DNA of 64,000 bases from Nemertoderma westbladi (Eukaryota > Animalia > Xenacoelomorpha), in the NCBI GenBank assembly GCA_032718475.1, contig JAUCBJ010008544.1, positions 1 through 64,000 on the forward strand. The letters are read 5' to 3'. The notes beneath the pieces are model-generated. The model saw only the letters and a list, made by a program, of their open reading frames with translations, had not been told where the DNA came from and did not search any database. Both the position numbers and the translations under genes were made by a program. The first letter of the stretch is position 1, and each line of letters starts with the position of its first letter. Shown in pieces: positions 45,708 through 58,457 of the stretch.

Positions 45708-47970
45708 TGATGAATTATTTCACTATAAGGTAGCATTTGTAGTTTAACTTTAACGTAAAAACTTTTGAAAATCCGACGTATTTTGATTAAGTTACAGTAA
45801 TGTAATATGCCTATTCATATTTGTACACATAAAACCCTTAGGTACTCTCGTGGCGTAGTGGTCAGATGGTTAAGGCGTTGGTTACATTACGTAGGTTACG
45901 AGTTCGAATCCCAGTCGGGAAATTTGTATTTTGGGGCCATTTATTTTCGTGTGGTGCTAATTGGTAGGCCAATGAGAAGCGTACAGCGTAGCGAATGATG
46001 AGCCAGGCCAATCATAGGGCATAAATTATCTTATTGCTCAAATGTGAGGCAGTGGAAAATTCTGTTAGGATTCCATGTCCCAGATTAGTGTAAGGGCCGG
46101 ACTGCGTTGAACGATGAGCTGGGCCAATCATAGAGCACGAAGCACTTCATTGCTCAATGGTGAAGCTGTGGAAAATTCTGTTTAGTTTCCATGTGCAATT
46201 TCTAGTATAAAAGGCCGGTTTGCCTTCGGTTATCACCTTCTCTGTTAATCATCCTGATTATCGTTTATTCTTGTAAAATTAGTTAATTCGGTTTCTTGTT
46301 GAAACTTTATTTGATAAATCCTTTTGTAAAACTGTAAATATACTGCAATTTCCTGACATGTTTTCTTTTGGTCCGACTTCGGGACAGCCGAACACCAGGG
46401 AGATGGCAGCCTAGATCGTTAGGCCGTAAGCAACGCAGGGAAGGGATGTCCACAACACGCTAGCGCCCACATTGGATCGACCGCGCACCCCCTTTGCCCC
46501 TTCGAAATGCTCAACTTGCTATGCAGCGCCCGCTTTGTGAGAAGGTAAGACTTTGTTCGACGCCCTTGCCCGCCGTAAGACCTATAGATCAGGGTAAGCG
46601 TGACACCGTACTGGACGCCGCAAATTTAGGATCAAATAATTATATCCAGACACCCCCCCCCCTTTGTCAAGTCCTACGAATCCCTGGGTTAACCTGTACT
46701 TCCTACAGGTGCGAACTATTGCCATTCGTCAGTACGCGAGTACATATTAGGTACGGACAGCATACGTTCCATAATTTAGTGATTCATAGCACTGACTGTT
46801 TGGTACCGGTTCGCTTTGTAGAACGTACATTAGTACCCCCCCCCCCCCCTGTCTGGAGTTAGCTATTTGATCAGGCAAGGAGCATTTCTGCTACCGGCAC
46901 ACTGCTTGGCCTAGGGAGGTTTATTAATATCCTACCGCGCCTTGCCACGTACTGATAGGTATTGCTGCTAACTACCGCAGCAACAAAGTTCTAGAATTAA
47001 ATTAGTATACCAGATCAGCTAACGTACGGTAGCGATTAACCCCTATTCTTATCTTACAACCAGAATCTGGTATTAGTGCCGATCACGGGTGTAGTTACTA
47101 ACACTGTGGTTGCCCATTGGGTTGTGGATAGGAAGGAGAGAGCTTTGACGTCATTCGTGAGTATAAAGTTCTACAAACGCGACTAGTTTATTTTAGTAGC
47201 TAGCGCACGGTATCATTTTAGTCAGAAAATCACTAAAACCTAGTAAAAGGAATTACACGAAATTGTTTTATTTGTAACACACCCACACACACACGCCCTA
47301 AAACATATCGCCCTTAAAGTTCTACTAGCTATAGCGTACTATACATTACTTTAGGTGGAAATTATCTGTATTTGTAAAATTAGGATCTGATTTAGTTGCG
47401 GCAAGATAAGGAGTATTTCACTTTCGTTATTAAACTGTTGTTTGTCTGGACAACGGTATTGTTACATTTAGGCCTGACCTTTTAGACTGATTTCGTACAG
47501 GGGGATCAGTTATTGTTACATTTAGGCACGACCTTTAGGCTGATTTCGACAGGGATGATCAGCATTGTTACACTAGGTCTGTTAACCACCTAGTTCGTAT
47601 ATAACCCATATAAATCACACCGCGGCAAGTTACTGTATTTAGGACTGTCAGTGATAGTTAGGATTCGCTGCGCGGGGATTGTTTTCCCGTGAGTTTGGTC
47701 TGTTACTGTAACTGTACATCTGCCTCACCGGTTAGAGGACAGGTATCCTTCTGTCTAGTACGTAGGCATTAGACCCGCTCACGTACATAGAATAGATACA
47801 AGGCTCTGTTCCTCGCCAGTAGTCGTTTGTGTACTATATCTGTTTGTTTAGATATCCTGGACTGGGATTTGTTGTCAGATACTGTACAAGCCCGTATACA
47901 TTACTAGAGTCTCATAGTAAGATACATCGTTACTAGGATCTGGTAAGCGGTATACTACTGGACCCTTACA
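45708..47970 (+). repeat. 3' LTR of element B (2263 bp)
   Basis: Near-identical to 28453-30713; preceded by a short purine tract ggagcgg. Confidence 0.97.
45846..45920 (+). ncRNA. tRNA-like Pol III unit, second copy (3' LTR of element B)
   Basis: Identical to 28591-28665. Confidence 0.55.
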
Positions 47971-50644
47971 GAAGGCGTGCCTCCCGTTTCTGAATCTGAG
48001 TAGGACCTCGCTCCCTGAGTTGTAGATATTGGGACCCTCTAGCAGATAATCGTTTAGGCATTTGCCATTGGTCTTAGCCGATGCGTCAACTACCATCCGC
48101 AGTTTACCTTTCTTCGGGTCTAGAGCCACGTGAAGTGGTAGGTTATAGGTCCTGTCCGTGTTCAGTTCGTCGACCGGTAACTCCACGGCCCATCCTTTCT
48201 CGACGTACTTCCTTATTGTCTTATGGATGTACTCATCCTTTTCGGGGCTCCGTTTCAGCGTTTGCTTCAGTTTGCGAAGCCTCGTGAGTACCATCCTCTT
48301 GTTGTCAGGCAACGGTATCTTCGGCTGTTTCCATACCATGCCTATGGTGTACCGTCCCTCCTCACATCTCATGGACTCCTTCACACTTTGTATTGCCTGT
48401 TTATCTTCTACCGAGGTTCCGACCCCGGTCTCTTTCAATCCCTCAAAGTCCTGCCAAAGTAGTCTCCTGAGCTGCTCCTCCGCTCCTTCATCTTCCATCT
48501 CCCTCATAGTTCCCGCGAACATGCACCCTGATGTCTCCGACATCCTAAACGGAATCTTGGTCCTGATCGGGCTGCTTAGCGTCCACCCGAATGATGTTAA
48601 AATTGCCACCGGGTCACGCTATCCGTCTTTGCCGAAGACAGTCTGCATTCTCTCGTGGGCCGTCGGGCAGTCCATTCCTACTATAATGGATACCTTCCTA
48701 ACGTCCACCTCTGGTATTGAGAAATCGATACCATCCAGGAATCTATATTGTTCGACTTCGATGTTGGTTGGTCGCCTGGCGTTGATATTTATCGACTCTA
48801 TCACCTGGATGGGGTCGATGGTCGCCCCATAGTCGCATCCCGGTGCTATCGCTGCTATCGCGCACACTATCTACTTGGCCTCGTCTTCAATCCTATCTCT
48901 TCGGCCACCCAATTCTCGACCAATGTGAAGGCTGCTCCACTGTCGACCAGCATTAACGTGGTTACTGATCGATCGCCTTCTCCGATCACCCTCACTGGCA
49001 CTACCCCGAGTAGCACCATTCCTCTCTTCTTCGCCCCTACAGTGCTTGTCGCCATTGTCTGGCCTTTGCCTTGACCAAACTTAACTGGTGTTTCTTTACA
49101 CTCCTCAACCTTGTGTCCCCCTATCACACATCGGTGACAAATTCCATTCTTATCCGCATAGGCTTTCCGGTCCTGTTCGGGTAACGCCTGCCAATGCTTA
49201 CAGTACATGGTCTTATGGGTTCCGTCTTTATATAATTGACATTCATATTCTGGGTTATAGCGTTCCCTATATAACCCTACACTTATTGCGCGTAGGTTTA
49301 CATCTACCGGCTTAGTGTTTTGGTTATTTGGCCTACTGGGTGTGTTGGGGTTATATTTGTTCATGTTGTTATTTTTTCCCCGTTCGTGCCACAGTTTGGC
49401 CCCACTTCCGGCTATCTGTGGACTTGCAGTCCCCTGTGTCGCCGCGTATGGTAGGGCTTGTCTTAATTTTGGAAACGCATTCGCCGCGTTATGCTCTATC
49501 CGTAATATGCTGTAACCGTACGGTTACACCAGTCTTGGGTCTGTCGTCCGGTCCCTGTAAGTGGGGTATCAACAAACGTTTCCATAACTTCTGGCTCCCC
49601 GTAAACACTACCCGAGCCAGCCTCACTCTCTGATAGCCCCAACTGCGCCAGTTCTAGTCGGCGCTTCTGTTTGGCCTGATATTGCATAAGCCCCCTTAGC
49701 CAGGCATGCATATCATCCCACACACGCTTTCCCGTTCTCTCTCTCTCTATCCTCTCGCAAACTCTGGTTCGCTAACTCTGTTTCTCTCGCCACCCGCTCT
49801 CTACGTTCATTTGTTTCTCTCGTTTCTCGCTCTTTGCACTCCTCTTTCTCCCTCTTGTGCTCCTCTTTCTCCCTCTCTTCTCGCTCCTTGCGCTCCTCTT
49901 TCTCCCTCTCTTCTCGCTCCTTGCGCTCCTCTTTCTCCCTCTCTTCTTGCTCCCTACAGTTCCTGGCCACCCTCTCGACTCTCTCTTTACACTCCCTCGC
50001 CAACTCTCTCTCTTTCTCTAGCAACGCAGCTCCCTCTTCCAACTACCTCTCTAACTCTTTCTGGTCTATTTCTAACACCCTTCTTACTTTTGCGGAGGAT
50101 GTAGCGGACTTGTTGGTCGCGACGGACTCCCGTCGCCTCTCTGTCCTACTAACTTTCCCCCGCTTTCTGGGGTCCTCGCTAACCGACGAGACCGAATCCT
50201 CGGGGTTAATCTCGGATTCGCCTTCGTGCGGGTCTGCCCAACCCACTAACTTAATTCCCCTAGCATCCACTAAATACGGCCCTATGTACACAACTTGGGG
50301 CTCCATAATCCCGGATCGCCACAGTTCAAATATTTCGGTGGCGACCCCCCTCGCTCTCTCACTGGCTAGTTCTCCCTGTCCGAAGCGAACTAGGTATGTA
50401 AAATGTTTATTCGACTCACCTAGTCGCCGACTCAACTTCCCTTGGTCTATCTTTACTCCTTCCCTGGCCTCCTTAAGTTGCTTCTTTGTTGCGTTGTAGG
50501 CTCATCGGAGCCGGTCACAGGTTCCGACGTCCTCGTCGCCGACCTCTCCTCCTCCCCTCCTGGTTCGGCGTCGTACCGGCGGCCCCACCTTCGCCGTTCC
50601 GGTGGGCCGTCCGTCGCCCTCGGCCTGTGGCTGGCCGGCGACAT
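47971..50644 (-). pseudogene. Element A gag, protease and RT N-half; disrupted by several stops/frameshifts
   Basis: E/K/R coiled coil (49713-50042), CQLYKDGTHKTMYC / CHRCVIGGHKVEEC knuckles, MLVDSGAAFT protease, YNLPLH...KLRMVVDAS...LNDYLLEGPN. Confidence 0.85.
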
Positions 50645-52060
50645 CGGTACTACGAGCGCCGTTGTGCATCGACTCCTCCTCCTGTTGTGGTAGACGGCCG
50701 CCCTCCGCTTGGGCTACCGGATCGTTCCTTTCCGGCGAGTCCGGTGTTGCGGGTCGATACCGTCGCGGTGTAAAAGCTTTTGCGGATATAACCAGTCATT
50801 TTTCTCCGTAATGAACTGTTTAGTTGTTTTAGCGGACATAACAAGCCATTTTCTGCCGCAATATGCCTAATACTCTAAAAGACTGGAACTCCGATGACGA
50901 AATCTGTCAGCTGGTTTACTGTACACGTGGAGCCTCTCTTTGTTCAGGCTCGGCCAATCAGAGCGATTTTCATTTAATCTTGCACAGAGGCCTACGGAAA
51001 ACCGCGCAATGCATTACGGTCTTTGTTTACCTTTCTGAGCGAGAACAACTGCTTGGAAATTCTTCTGTACTTCTGTGTTGGAAGTTTCAGACTTTGGCCA
51101 ACATTAGACGGCTTTGATTATAAGAACGTAAATCTATTATCCTGTCAACTTGTCAACTGGCTGACTGCACTGTGCAACTGTGCAACAAACCATAACAACT
51201 GCACCTGGCTGCAACTGCGGTACCGACATACTGACTTTCACCACATTATTTTACTTCTGTTTACTGTCTGTTATTAATGGTTATATGTTGATGGATATGT
51301 TGTTATATTTGGAGAATATCGATAAATAATCATAAAACCCCTATCTTCTTGATTACTGAAGGTAAGAGGGACCTGTTACCAGTAGCAATTGCGACTTACA
51401 TTACAGTGGTTTTAGTGTGCATTAAATGCTATTTCATAATCCCTACATGTGTCAGTTGCTATCCTCCTTATATATGGTTAAATTCAGTGACGGTCGGCAG
51501 ATCAGTGTGCAGCAGTGTGAAGTCGTATGCAGCAGTGTGACAGATAATAAAGCATCTCCTAAGGAATGCGCTATTTACGAAAATCAGTAGCCATCTCGTT
51601 GTGTTTAGTATAAGTCATAACTCTGTTTTATACTTAAAGCGCCACGTCCTAAAGGAACTGTTGATATTTCCCCGAAAGTGAATAATATTGTCAGAGATTA
51701 TAAAGTAACGATCAATCGAATAATACAGTAGGTCTGCAACGCAATAACTTCGAAGCACCCGAATCCAGTCTCCCTTAACTGTGGGTGAATGATCGCGCAT
51801 AGACTGACTTCGGCTAATGTTACTTCATGTGCATTAAATAATTGTTATAGGCTAAAGTCGATTTATAAACAAGAAGACACCTAAAATTGGCAGGTTAAAC
51901 TGCTAAAGGTCTGAAAGCGCGAACACGTGGATCGTTTCGTTCGTATCGTCCGGGGTCCGCGGCGGTGTCGTCTCTCCCTTTAGATTTCGGGCTTCGCTCA
52001 TCCTTTAGTCTTTGATGGTGGCTGGCAGTCACAGCTTTAGCAGTTGTCTGATTTTCGTAC

Positions 52061-52646
52061 TGTGATGGGATCAGGGGATCCCGACCGGTTAGTTTTTGTT
52101 ACGCGTCGCCGCTCGTTGTTATGAGAAAAGGATATTACAGTAGTTAGTTGTTGTTCTGATATTGTTAATGCAAATCACCAAATATAATATAATAGCAAGA
52201 AATATATATGTAATGTTAATGAATAAGATATAATAGCGTTGTACCGGTAGTAGCGGTGACGGTACGAAAATGTCACCTAACTGCACTAATTAATGACTGA
52301 GTAAACTGAACAACCGACCGGTAGCAGGACGATATATATGTATATAAATAGTACACTACTACGACCTTCGTCCAGTGGATACTCTCCCCCCTGCTCTCAT
52401 TGGCTGTTGGCCCACTTCACGCCTCTCACCTCTGTGGGAGTGCTTCCCCCCCGCTGCTGTTACTTTCCCTCTCCCAAGAGGTTTGACCTATTACCCCTTT
52501 TGTGTGGCTCTTTGGGGCCTTATGTTGTGCCCGTTATTGGGGGTGATACGAGGTTGATTGTAATCAACCTCGTACTCCCCAATATTGCTTAAAACGCCAC
52601 TTCCCAACTTTATGGGGTCGGTGGGGCGGAATTGAATCCGCTCACA
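52061..52646 (-). repeat. 5' LTR of element A (586 bp)
   Basis: tgtgatgggatc...gaatccgctcaca; TATA-like tract at ~52332-52350 and Inr-like tcagtt at ~52305-52310 on the minus strand. Confidence 0.95.
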
Positions 52647-53517
52647 TCGGGTAACAGATAGGTGTAGCGCCTACCCCTAACTTCAGGTGACAGATAGGTG
52701 TAGCCCCCACCCCTAACTTCGGGTAACAGATAGGTGTAGCCCCCACCCCTAACTTCGGGTAACAGATAGGTGTAGCGCCCACCCCTAACTTCGGGTAACA
52801 GATAGGTGTAGCCCCCACCCCTAACTTCGGGTAACAGATAGGTGTAGCCCCCACCCCTAACTTCGGGTAACAGATAGGTGTAGCGCCCACCCCTAACTTC
52901 GGGTAACAGATAGGTCTAGCCCCCACCCCTAACTTCGGGCAACAGATAGGTGTAGCCCCCACCCCTAACTTCGGGTAACAGATAGGTGTAGCCCCCACCC
53001 CTAACTTCGGGTAACAGATAGGAGTAGCCCCCACCCCTAACTTCGGGTAACAGATAGGAGTAGCTAGCCCCCACCCCTAACTTCGGGTAACGGATAGGAG
53101 TAGCTAGCCCCCACCCCTAACTTCAGGTAACAGATAGGAGTAGCCCCCACCCCTAACTTCGGGTAACAGATAGGAGTAGCCCCCACCCCTAACTTCGGGT
53201 AACAGATAGGAGTAGCCCCCCACCCCTAACTTCGGGTAACAGATAGGAGTAGCTAGCCCCCACCCCTAACTTCGGGTAACGGATAGGAGTAGCTAGCCCC
53301 CACCCCTAACTTCGGGTAACAGATAGGTGCAGCCCCCACCCCTAACTTCGGGTAACAGATAGGTGTAGCCCCCCACCCCTAACTTCGGGTAGCAGATAGG
53401 TGTAGCGCCCACCCCTACCCTCGGGTAGCAGATAGGTGTAGCGCCCACCCCTAACTTCGGGTAACAGATAGGTGTAGCGCCCACCCCTAACTTCGGGTAA
53501 CAGATAGGTGTAGCCCT
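52647..53517. repeat. 36-bp minisatellite, right part
   Basis: Same unit as 22146-23437, continuing in register after the TSD. Confidence 0.97.
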
Positions 53518-53629
53518 CACATGTCATGTGACATGTCATGTCATGTGTCACATGTGTCACACATGTCATGTCATGTCGTCTGTCGCGGTGTGAATTTATA
53601 ATTTGTACGGCGCGCATCCGATTAGTATT

Positions 53630-54640
53630 CCAACAAGGGTGTGTGGAGTGTACGTGTGCCCCCCAACCCCCCCAACAAGGGTGTATGGAGTGTACGTGTG
53701 CCCCCCAACCCCCCCAACAAGGGTGTGTGGAGTGTACGTGTGCCCCCCAACCCCCCCAACAAGGGTGTGTGGAGTGTACGTGTGCCCCCCAACCCCCCCA
53801 ACAAGGGTGTATGGAGTGTACGTGTGCCCCCCAACCCCCCCAACAAGGGTGTGTGGAGTGTACGTGTGCCCCCCAACCCCCCCAACAAGGGTGTATGGAG
53901 TGTACGTGTGCCCCCCAACCCCCCCAACAAGGGTGTATGGAGTGTACGTGTTCCCCCCAACCCCCCCAACAAGGGTGTGTGGAGTGTACGTGTGCCCCCC
54001 AACCCCCCCAACAAGGGTGTATGGAGTGTACGTGTGCCCCCCAACCCCCCCAACAAGGGTGTGTGGAGTGTACGTGTGCCCCCCAACCCCCCCAACAAGG
54101 GTGTATGGAGTGTACGTGTTCCCCCCAACCCCCCCAACAAGGGTGTGTGGAGTGTACGTGTTCCCCCCAACCCCCCCAACAAGGGTGTGTGGAGTGTACG
54201 TGTGCCCCCCAACCCCCCCCAACAAGGGTGTATGGAGTGTACGTGTTCCCCCCAACCCCCCCAACAAGGGTGTGTGGAGTGTACGTGTTCCCCCCAACCC
54301 CCCCAACAAGGGTGTATGGAGTGTACGTGTGCCCCCCAACCCCCCCAACAAGGGTGTATGGAGTGTACGTGTGCCCCCCAACCCCCCCAACAAGGGTGTA
54401 TGGAGTGTACGTGTTCCCCCCAACCCCCCCCAACAAGGGTGTATGGAGTGTACGTGTTCCCCCCAACCCCCCCAACAAGGGTGTATGGAGTGTACGTGTT
54501 CCCCCCAACCCCCCCAACAAGGGTGTGTGGAGTGTACGTGTTCCCCCCAACCCCCCCAACAAGGGTGTGTGGAGTGTACGTGTTCCCCCAACCCCCCCAA
54601 CAAGGGTGTGTGGAGTGTACGTGTTCCCCCCAACCCCCCA
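53630..54640. repeat. 42-bp minisatellite (caacaagggtgtgtggagtgtacgtgtgccccccaacccccc), ~24 copies
   Basis: Period 42 (53631, 53673, ...). Confidence 0.97.
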
Positions 54641-54648
54641 CCCCTTAA

Positions 54649-57036
54649 CCCTTTTAAGTACAGCAAACGGGCGGTGCCCGTTGATGACATGCGCGGCGGA
54701 CGGGCACCGCCGTCACAATTCTATGCTTTGCTATAGTGATTTGTTATGGCGCCGGATTTCAATGCAGTACATTCCCTGACCCTTACCCTCATAGCCGGCA
54801 GAAATGCAGGCCTATATGTAAGTGTATAATTAGCCTATGACGCAGTCCCTCCAGCTGATAACACTTGTGTGTAACTGAATTTCTACATAAGTTTTCCCTA
54901 TTGACTGCTTTCCTCGACCCTTCTATTAGATAGTAATGGATAGCGTAATATTAATAAACCATACCATGCTGGAGTATTATTGGTCACATACATGGCCATA
55001 AGTGATTTTATATACAGTAACATTGGTACCGGTATAAATTAAATTAATATTTGAGGTTGGACTGCAAACGGTTAGGTATTGCATTATATGTTGACAAGTC
55101 CCTAAAAGGTGCCACCCTGCTCCATTGCGCGGGAAATTCAAATGATTGAAAGACATGTTATTTGTACTGGAAAGGGTGGCAGATCAGATCTGCCACCTAT
55201 ATATTGGCGGTAAATTCAAATCTGTTTTAACATTGAATACATGAATAGAGTAAGACCAATCTTCCAATGTAATTCATTGAATCAGAATAAATTATTTATT
55301 ATCGGTTTAACTCACTCATCCGTTAATGTTGTTGATTTATCTATTCTGGGACTTCGAGCAGCACGTGAACAACTAAACCAGCACGCTAACTACCGCTAGT
55401 TTGGGGCTTCGAGCACCACGTGAACAACTAAACTGGCTGGTTTCCTAGTCTGGGACTTCGAGCAGCACGTGAACAACTAAACCAGCACGTTAACTAGTCT
55501 GGGACTTCGAGCAGCACGTGTACAACTAAGCTGCCTGGTTAACAAGTCTGGGACTTCGAGCAGCACGTAAACAACTAAAGCTGACTGGTTAACTAGTCTG
55601 GGACAAATATAGCAGTATAGGCAGAAGCATTATACACCTATTGTTATTACAGTAGGCCTACCTGCGAAATATTTTACTATCAGTTCCCTGCTATATTGTT
55701 ATAATTATATTGTTCAGATGTAATTATAACTGATACAAGCAAATAACAAATGTTCTTTACATTTTACTGATAGAAGTTAAGCCAAATACCTCGATCCACC
55801 CCCCTTCTCAATTTGCAAGTTTACTCGAAGTCCCAGACTAGTTAACCAGTCAGCTTAGTTGTTCACGTGCTACTGGAAGTCCCAGACTAGTTAACGTGCT
55901 GGCTTAGTTGTTCACGTGCTGCTCGAAGTCCCAGACTAGGTATCCAGCCAGTTTATTTGTTCACGTGCTGCTCTATGCCCCAGACTAGTTAACGTGCTGG
56001 TTTAGTTGTTCACGTGCTGCTCGAAGCCCCAGACTAGTTAACCAGTCAGCTTGTTGTTCACGTGCTGCTCGAAGTCCCAGACTAGGTATCCAGCCAGTTT
56101 ATTTGTTCACGTGCTGCTCTATGCCCCAGACTAGTTAACGTGCTGGTTTAGTTGTTCACGTGCTGCTCGAAGTCCCAGACTAGTTAACCAGTCAGCTTAG
56201 TTGTTCACGTGCTGCTCGAAGTCTCAGACTAGTTAACCAGTCAGATTAGTTGTTCACGTGCTGCTCGAAGTCCCAGACTAGTTAACCAGTCAGCTTAGTT
56301 GTTCACGTGCTACTGGAAGTCCCATACTATAGTTAACCAGTCAGCTTAGTTGCTCACGTGCTGCTCGAAGCCCCAAACTAGTTAACGTGCTGGTTTAGTT
56401 TTAGTTGTTCACGTGCTGCTCGAAGTCCCAGACTAGGTATCCAGCCAGTTTATTTGTTCACGTGCTGCTCTATGCCCCAGACTACAAGTTAACGTCAGGT
56501 TTAGTTGTTCACGTGCTGCTCGAAGTCCCAGACTACCAGAATAGATAAAACAACAACAATAATGGATGAGTGAGTTAAACCGATAAGAAATAATTTATTC
56601 TGATTCAATGAATTACATTTAGTCTTACTCTATTCTTGTATTCAATGTTAAAACAGATTTGAATTAACCGCCAAAATATAGGTAGCAGATCTGATCTGCC
56701 ACCCTTTCCAGTACAAAATTTCATGTCTTTCAATCATTTGAATTACCCGCGCTATGGAGCAGGGTGGCACCTTTTAGGGACTTGTTTATATGTTGTACTC
56801 TGTATGCATTCCTTTCTGTAATTATACAAATTATCTATTATAATATTATTTTATGTTGTAATATATGTTTTTAAAATAATTTTTTATTAATTTTTTGAAA
56901 TTTAAAATTTTTAAAACTTTTGAATTTTTTTTACTTTTTTTTGTTTTTCAATTTCCGGGATTTTGAGAAATTAAAAAAAAAATTTCTATAGCCGGATCTC
57001 AGTGCAGGAAATATTTATTAAGCCGTAGTTAAAGGG
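54649..57036. mobile_element. piggyBac-like non-autonomous DNA transposon
   Basis: TTAA|cccttttaagtacagc (54645-54664) and gccgtagttaaaggg|TTAA (57022-57040): TTAA target duplication, CCC...GGG termini and imperfect ~16-bp TIRs. Confidence 0.65.
55094..56785. mobile_element. Foldback/Mutator-type non-autonomous element with ~250-bp TIRs and inverted arrays of a ~50-bp sub-repeat
   Basis: acaagtccctaaaaggtgccaccctgctcca... vs ...tggagcagggtggcaccttttagggacttgt; 10-bp TSD ttatatgttg (55084-55093, 56786-56795); gggacttcgagcagcacgtgaacaactaa units on the left (55347-55605) and their reverse complement on the right (55823-56535). Confidence 0.9.
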
Positions 57037-57359
57037 TTAATTCTTAAATAAAGGAGGACATTCCCCTTTAGAAACATCTAAATCCGCCACTGTAGGTGAT
57101 TGTAATTAATATACAGAATATGTATGTACATATGTACCTATATACACTACCTACCTACATATATATATTTATACAATATACCATGGAAATTTGAATTTCC
57201 CTCTCACTAACACGAAGTTCGTATTATATATTTTTTTATGTTTCATGTCCCCTTAGGGACTCCATTTACTGTATTTCTGCAAAGCTTACCGGTATTTCTA
57301 ATTTAGTCGTCTAATTTAATTTAGTTTAAATTTCATGCGTAACTTTGTAATAATTTCCC

Positions 57360-58457
57360 ATGGCGATAGCCCAAAGTATGATAACAAACATTGAGGAAAA
57401 CATGAACCACTCAACCGAGCAGCCATCACTAGTCGCTATGATGCCATTGAGACGCTGTGGTTCTCACGCGATTCGTTTTCGGTTGAACATGTCACCTGAG
57501 GTGACATCACCATACCCGTTACACGTAATCGACTATTTGCGAATTGTCCCTAGTGATTGTGATTTGGGAGATGTGGAACATTGGAAACAAATGATTAGAG
57601 ATGTGGTTGGTCTTCAAAACACTTTGATGGTGCCCTGGAAAGGCATAAATTTTCAAGAAGAGGCCGTTGTCAATGAACTGATAGATTATCCAAAAAGATC
57701 CGTTCACACGGTTGTTGCCCATCTTCTCAAAGCTTACGGTAAAGCCAATTCCGCCAGTATTGTTATTGATAAATCACTTGATTGTGTCCACTATGCTAGC
57801 GAGTACATGGATGCTTTTCCTTCCCTGAAATTTATTCATATTGTTCGCGATCCAAGAGCTCAAGTTAATAGCATGAATGAAGCCATAATCCATGAGTTTT
57901 CCACTCTTAGCAATGCTCTCATCTGGTTGGATGCATACGAGAAGGCGGAACATTTGGTTGCCAAGTATCCAAGTCGGTGTGTGTCCATTCGTTTTGAAGA
58001 TTTCATCAACGACCAAGAAAATGTACTCAAAAAAATTTGTAATTTTCTCAACATCCAATTTTCGCCGGAGATGCTTGATATTTCAAGGTCCACAGAAGCA
58101 AATGAATTGTCTAAGAAATCGGCTCTTTGGAAGTACAACGCACTTGGCCCGGTTGCGGCCAACATTGACAAGTTTCGCAAGAAGTTGTGTGACGATGATA
58201 TTCAAATTATTGAGTCTCTTTGCGGTCATCTAATGAAAAAGTACGGCTACCACAAAATATTTCCAGAAATGTGCATTGATGTCACGGATAAAATGAAAGC
58301 AGACGCGAGGAAGCGAAGTGACGATGGTCGCACAGAGGCATGGAAAGCCCTGGAATGTGATCCGGAGTTTCCCGATGACTACAAATTAAGAAATAATCGG
58401 AATGAATTCTTAGCATGTTGCAAACGCCGTTTTGAACAAAAAAAAATCTTGACTTAG
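57360..58457 (+). CDS. PAPS-dependent sulfotransferase-family protein, intronless
   Basis: 5'-PSB-like PLRRCGSHAIR, DKSL, 3'-PB-like KFIHIVRDPRAQVNS, IRFEDFI...LKKICNFL, IESLCGHLMKKYGY. Confidence 0.82.
   Translation: MAIAQSMITNIEENMNHSTEQPSLVAMMPLRRCGSHAIRFRLNMSPEVTSPYPLHVIDYLRIVPSDCDLGDVEHWKQMIRDVVGLQNTLMVPWKGINFQEEAVVNELIDYPKRSVHTVVAHLLKAYGKANSASIVIDKSLDCVHYASEYMDAFPSLKFIHIVRDPRAQVNSMNEAIIHEFSTLSNALIWLDAYEKAEHLVAKYPSRCVSIRFEDFINDQENVLKKICNFLNIQFSPEMLDISRSTEANELSKKSALWKYNALGPVAANIDKFRKKLCDDDIQIIESLCGHLMKKYGYHKIFPEMCIDVTDKMKADARKRSDDGRTEAWKALECDPEFPDDYKLRNNRNEFLACCKRRFEQKKILT

Larger units (their letters stand above)
28453..47970 (+). mobile_element. BEL/Pao LTR retrotransposon 'element B', 19.5 kb, intact, nested in the RT of element A
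   Basis: LTRs 28453-30713 and 45708-47970 (TG...CA, near identical); TSD GAAGG at 28448-28452 and 47971-47975. Removing B restores element A RT as ...GRHAF|TCDIEGMFNQV. Confidence 0.97.
23438..52646 (-). mobile_element. BEL/Pao LTR retrotransposon 'element A' (~9.7 kb excluding nested element B), decayed
   Basis: TG...CA LTRs at 23438-24029 and 52061-52646; 5-bp TSD TCGGG (23433-23437, 52647-52651); PPT gggggggag on the minus strand at 24030-24038; gag-pol fragments on the minus strand. Confidence 0.95.

Noticed and set aside
53342-54779. 300-400 aa ORFs in all six frames
   Set aside because: The 42-bp minisatellite lacks stop codons.
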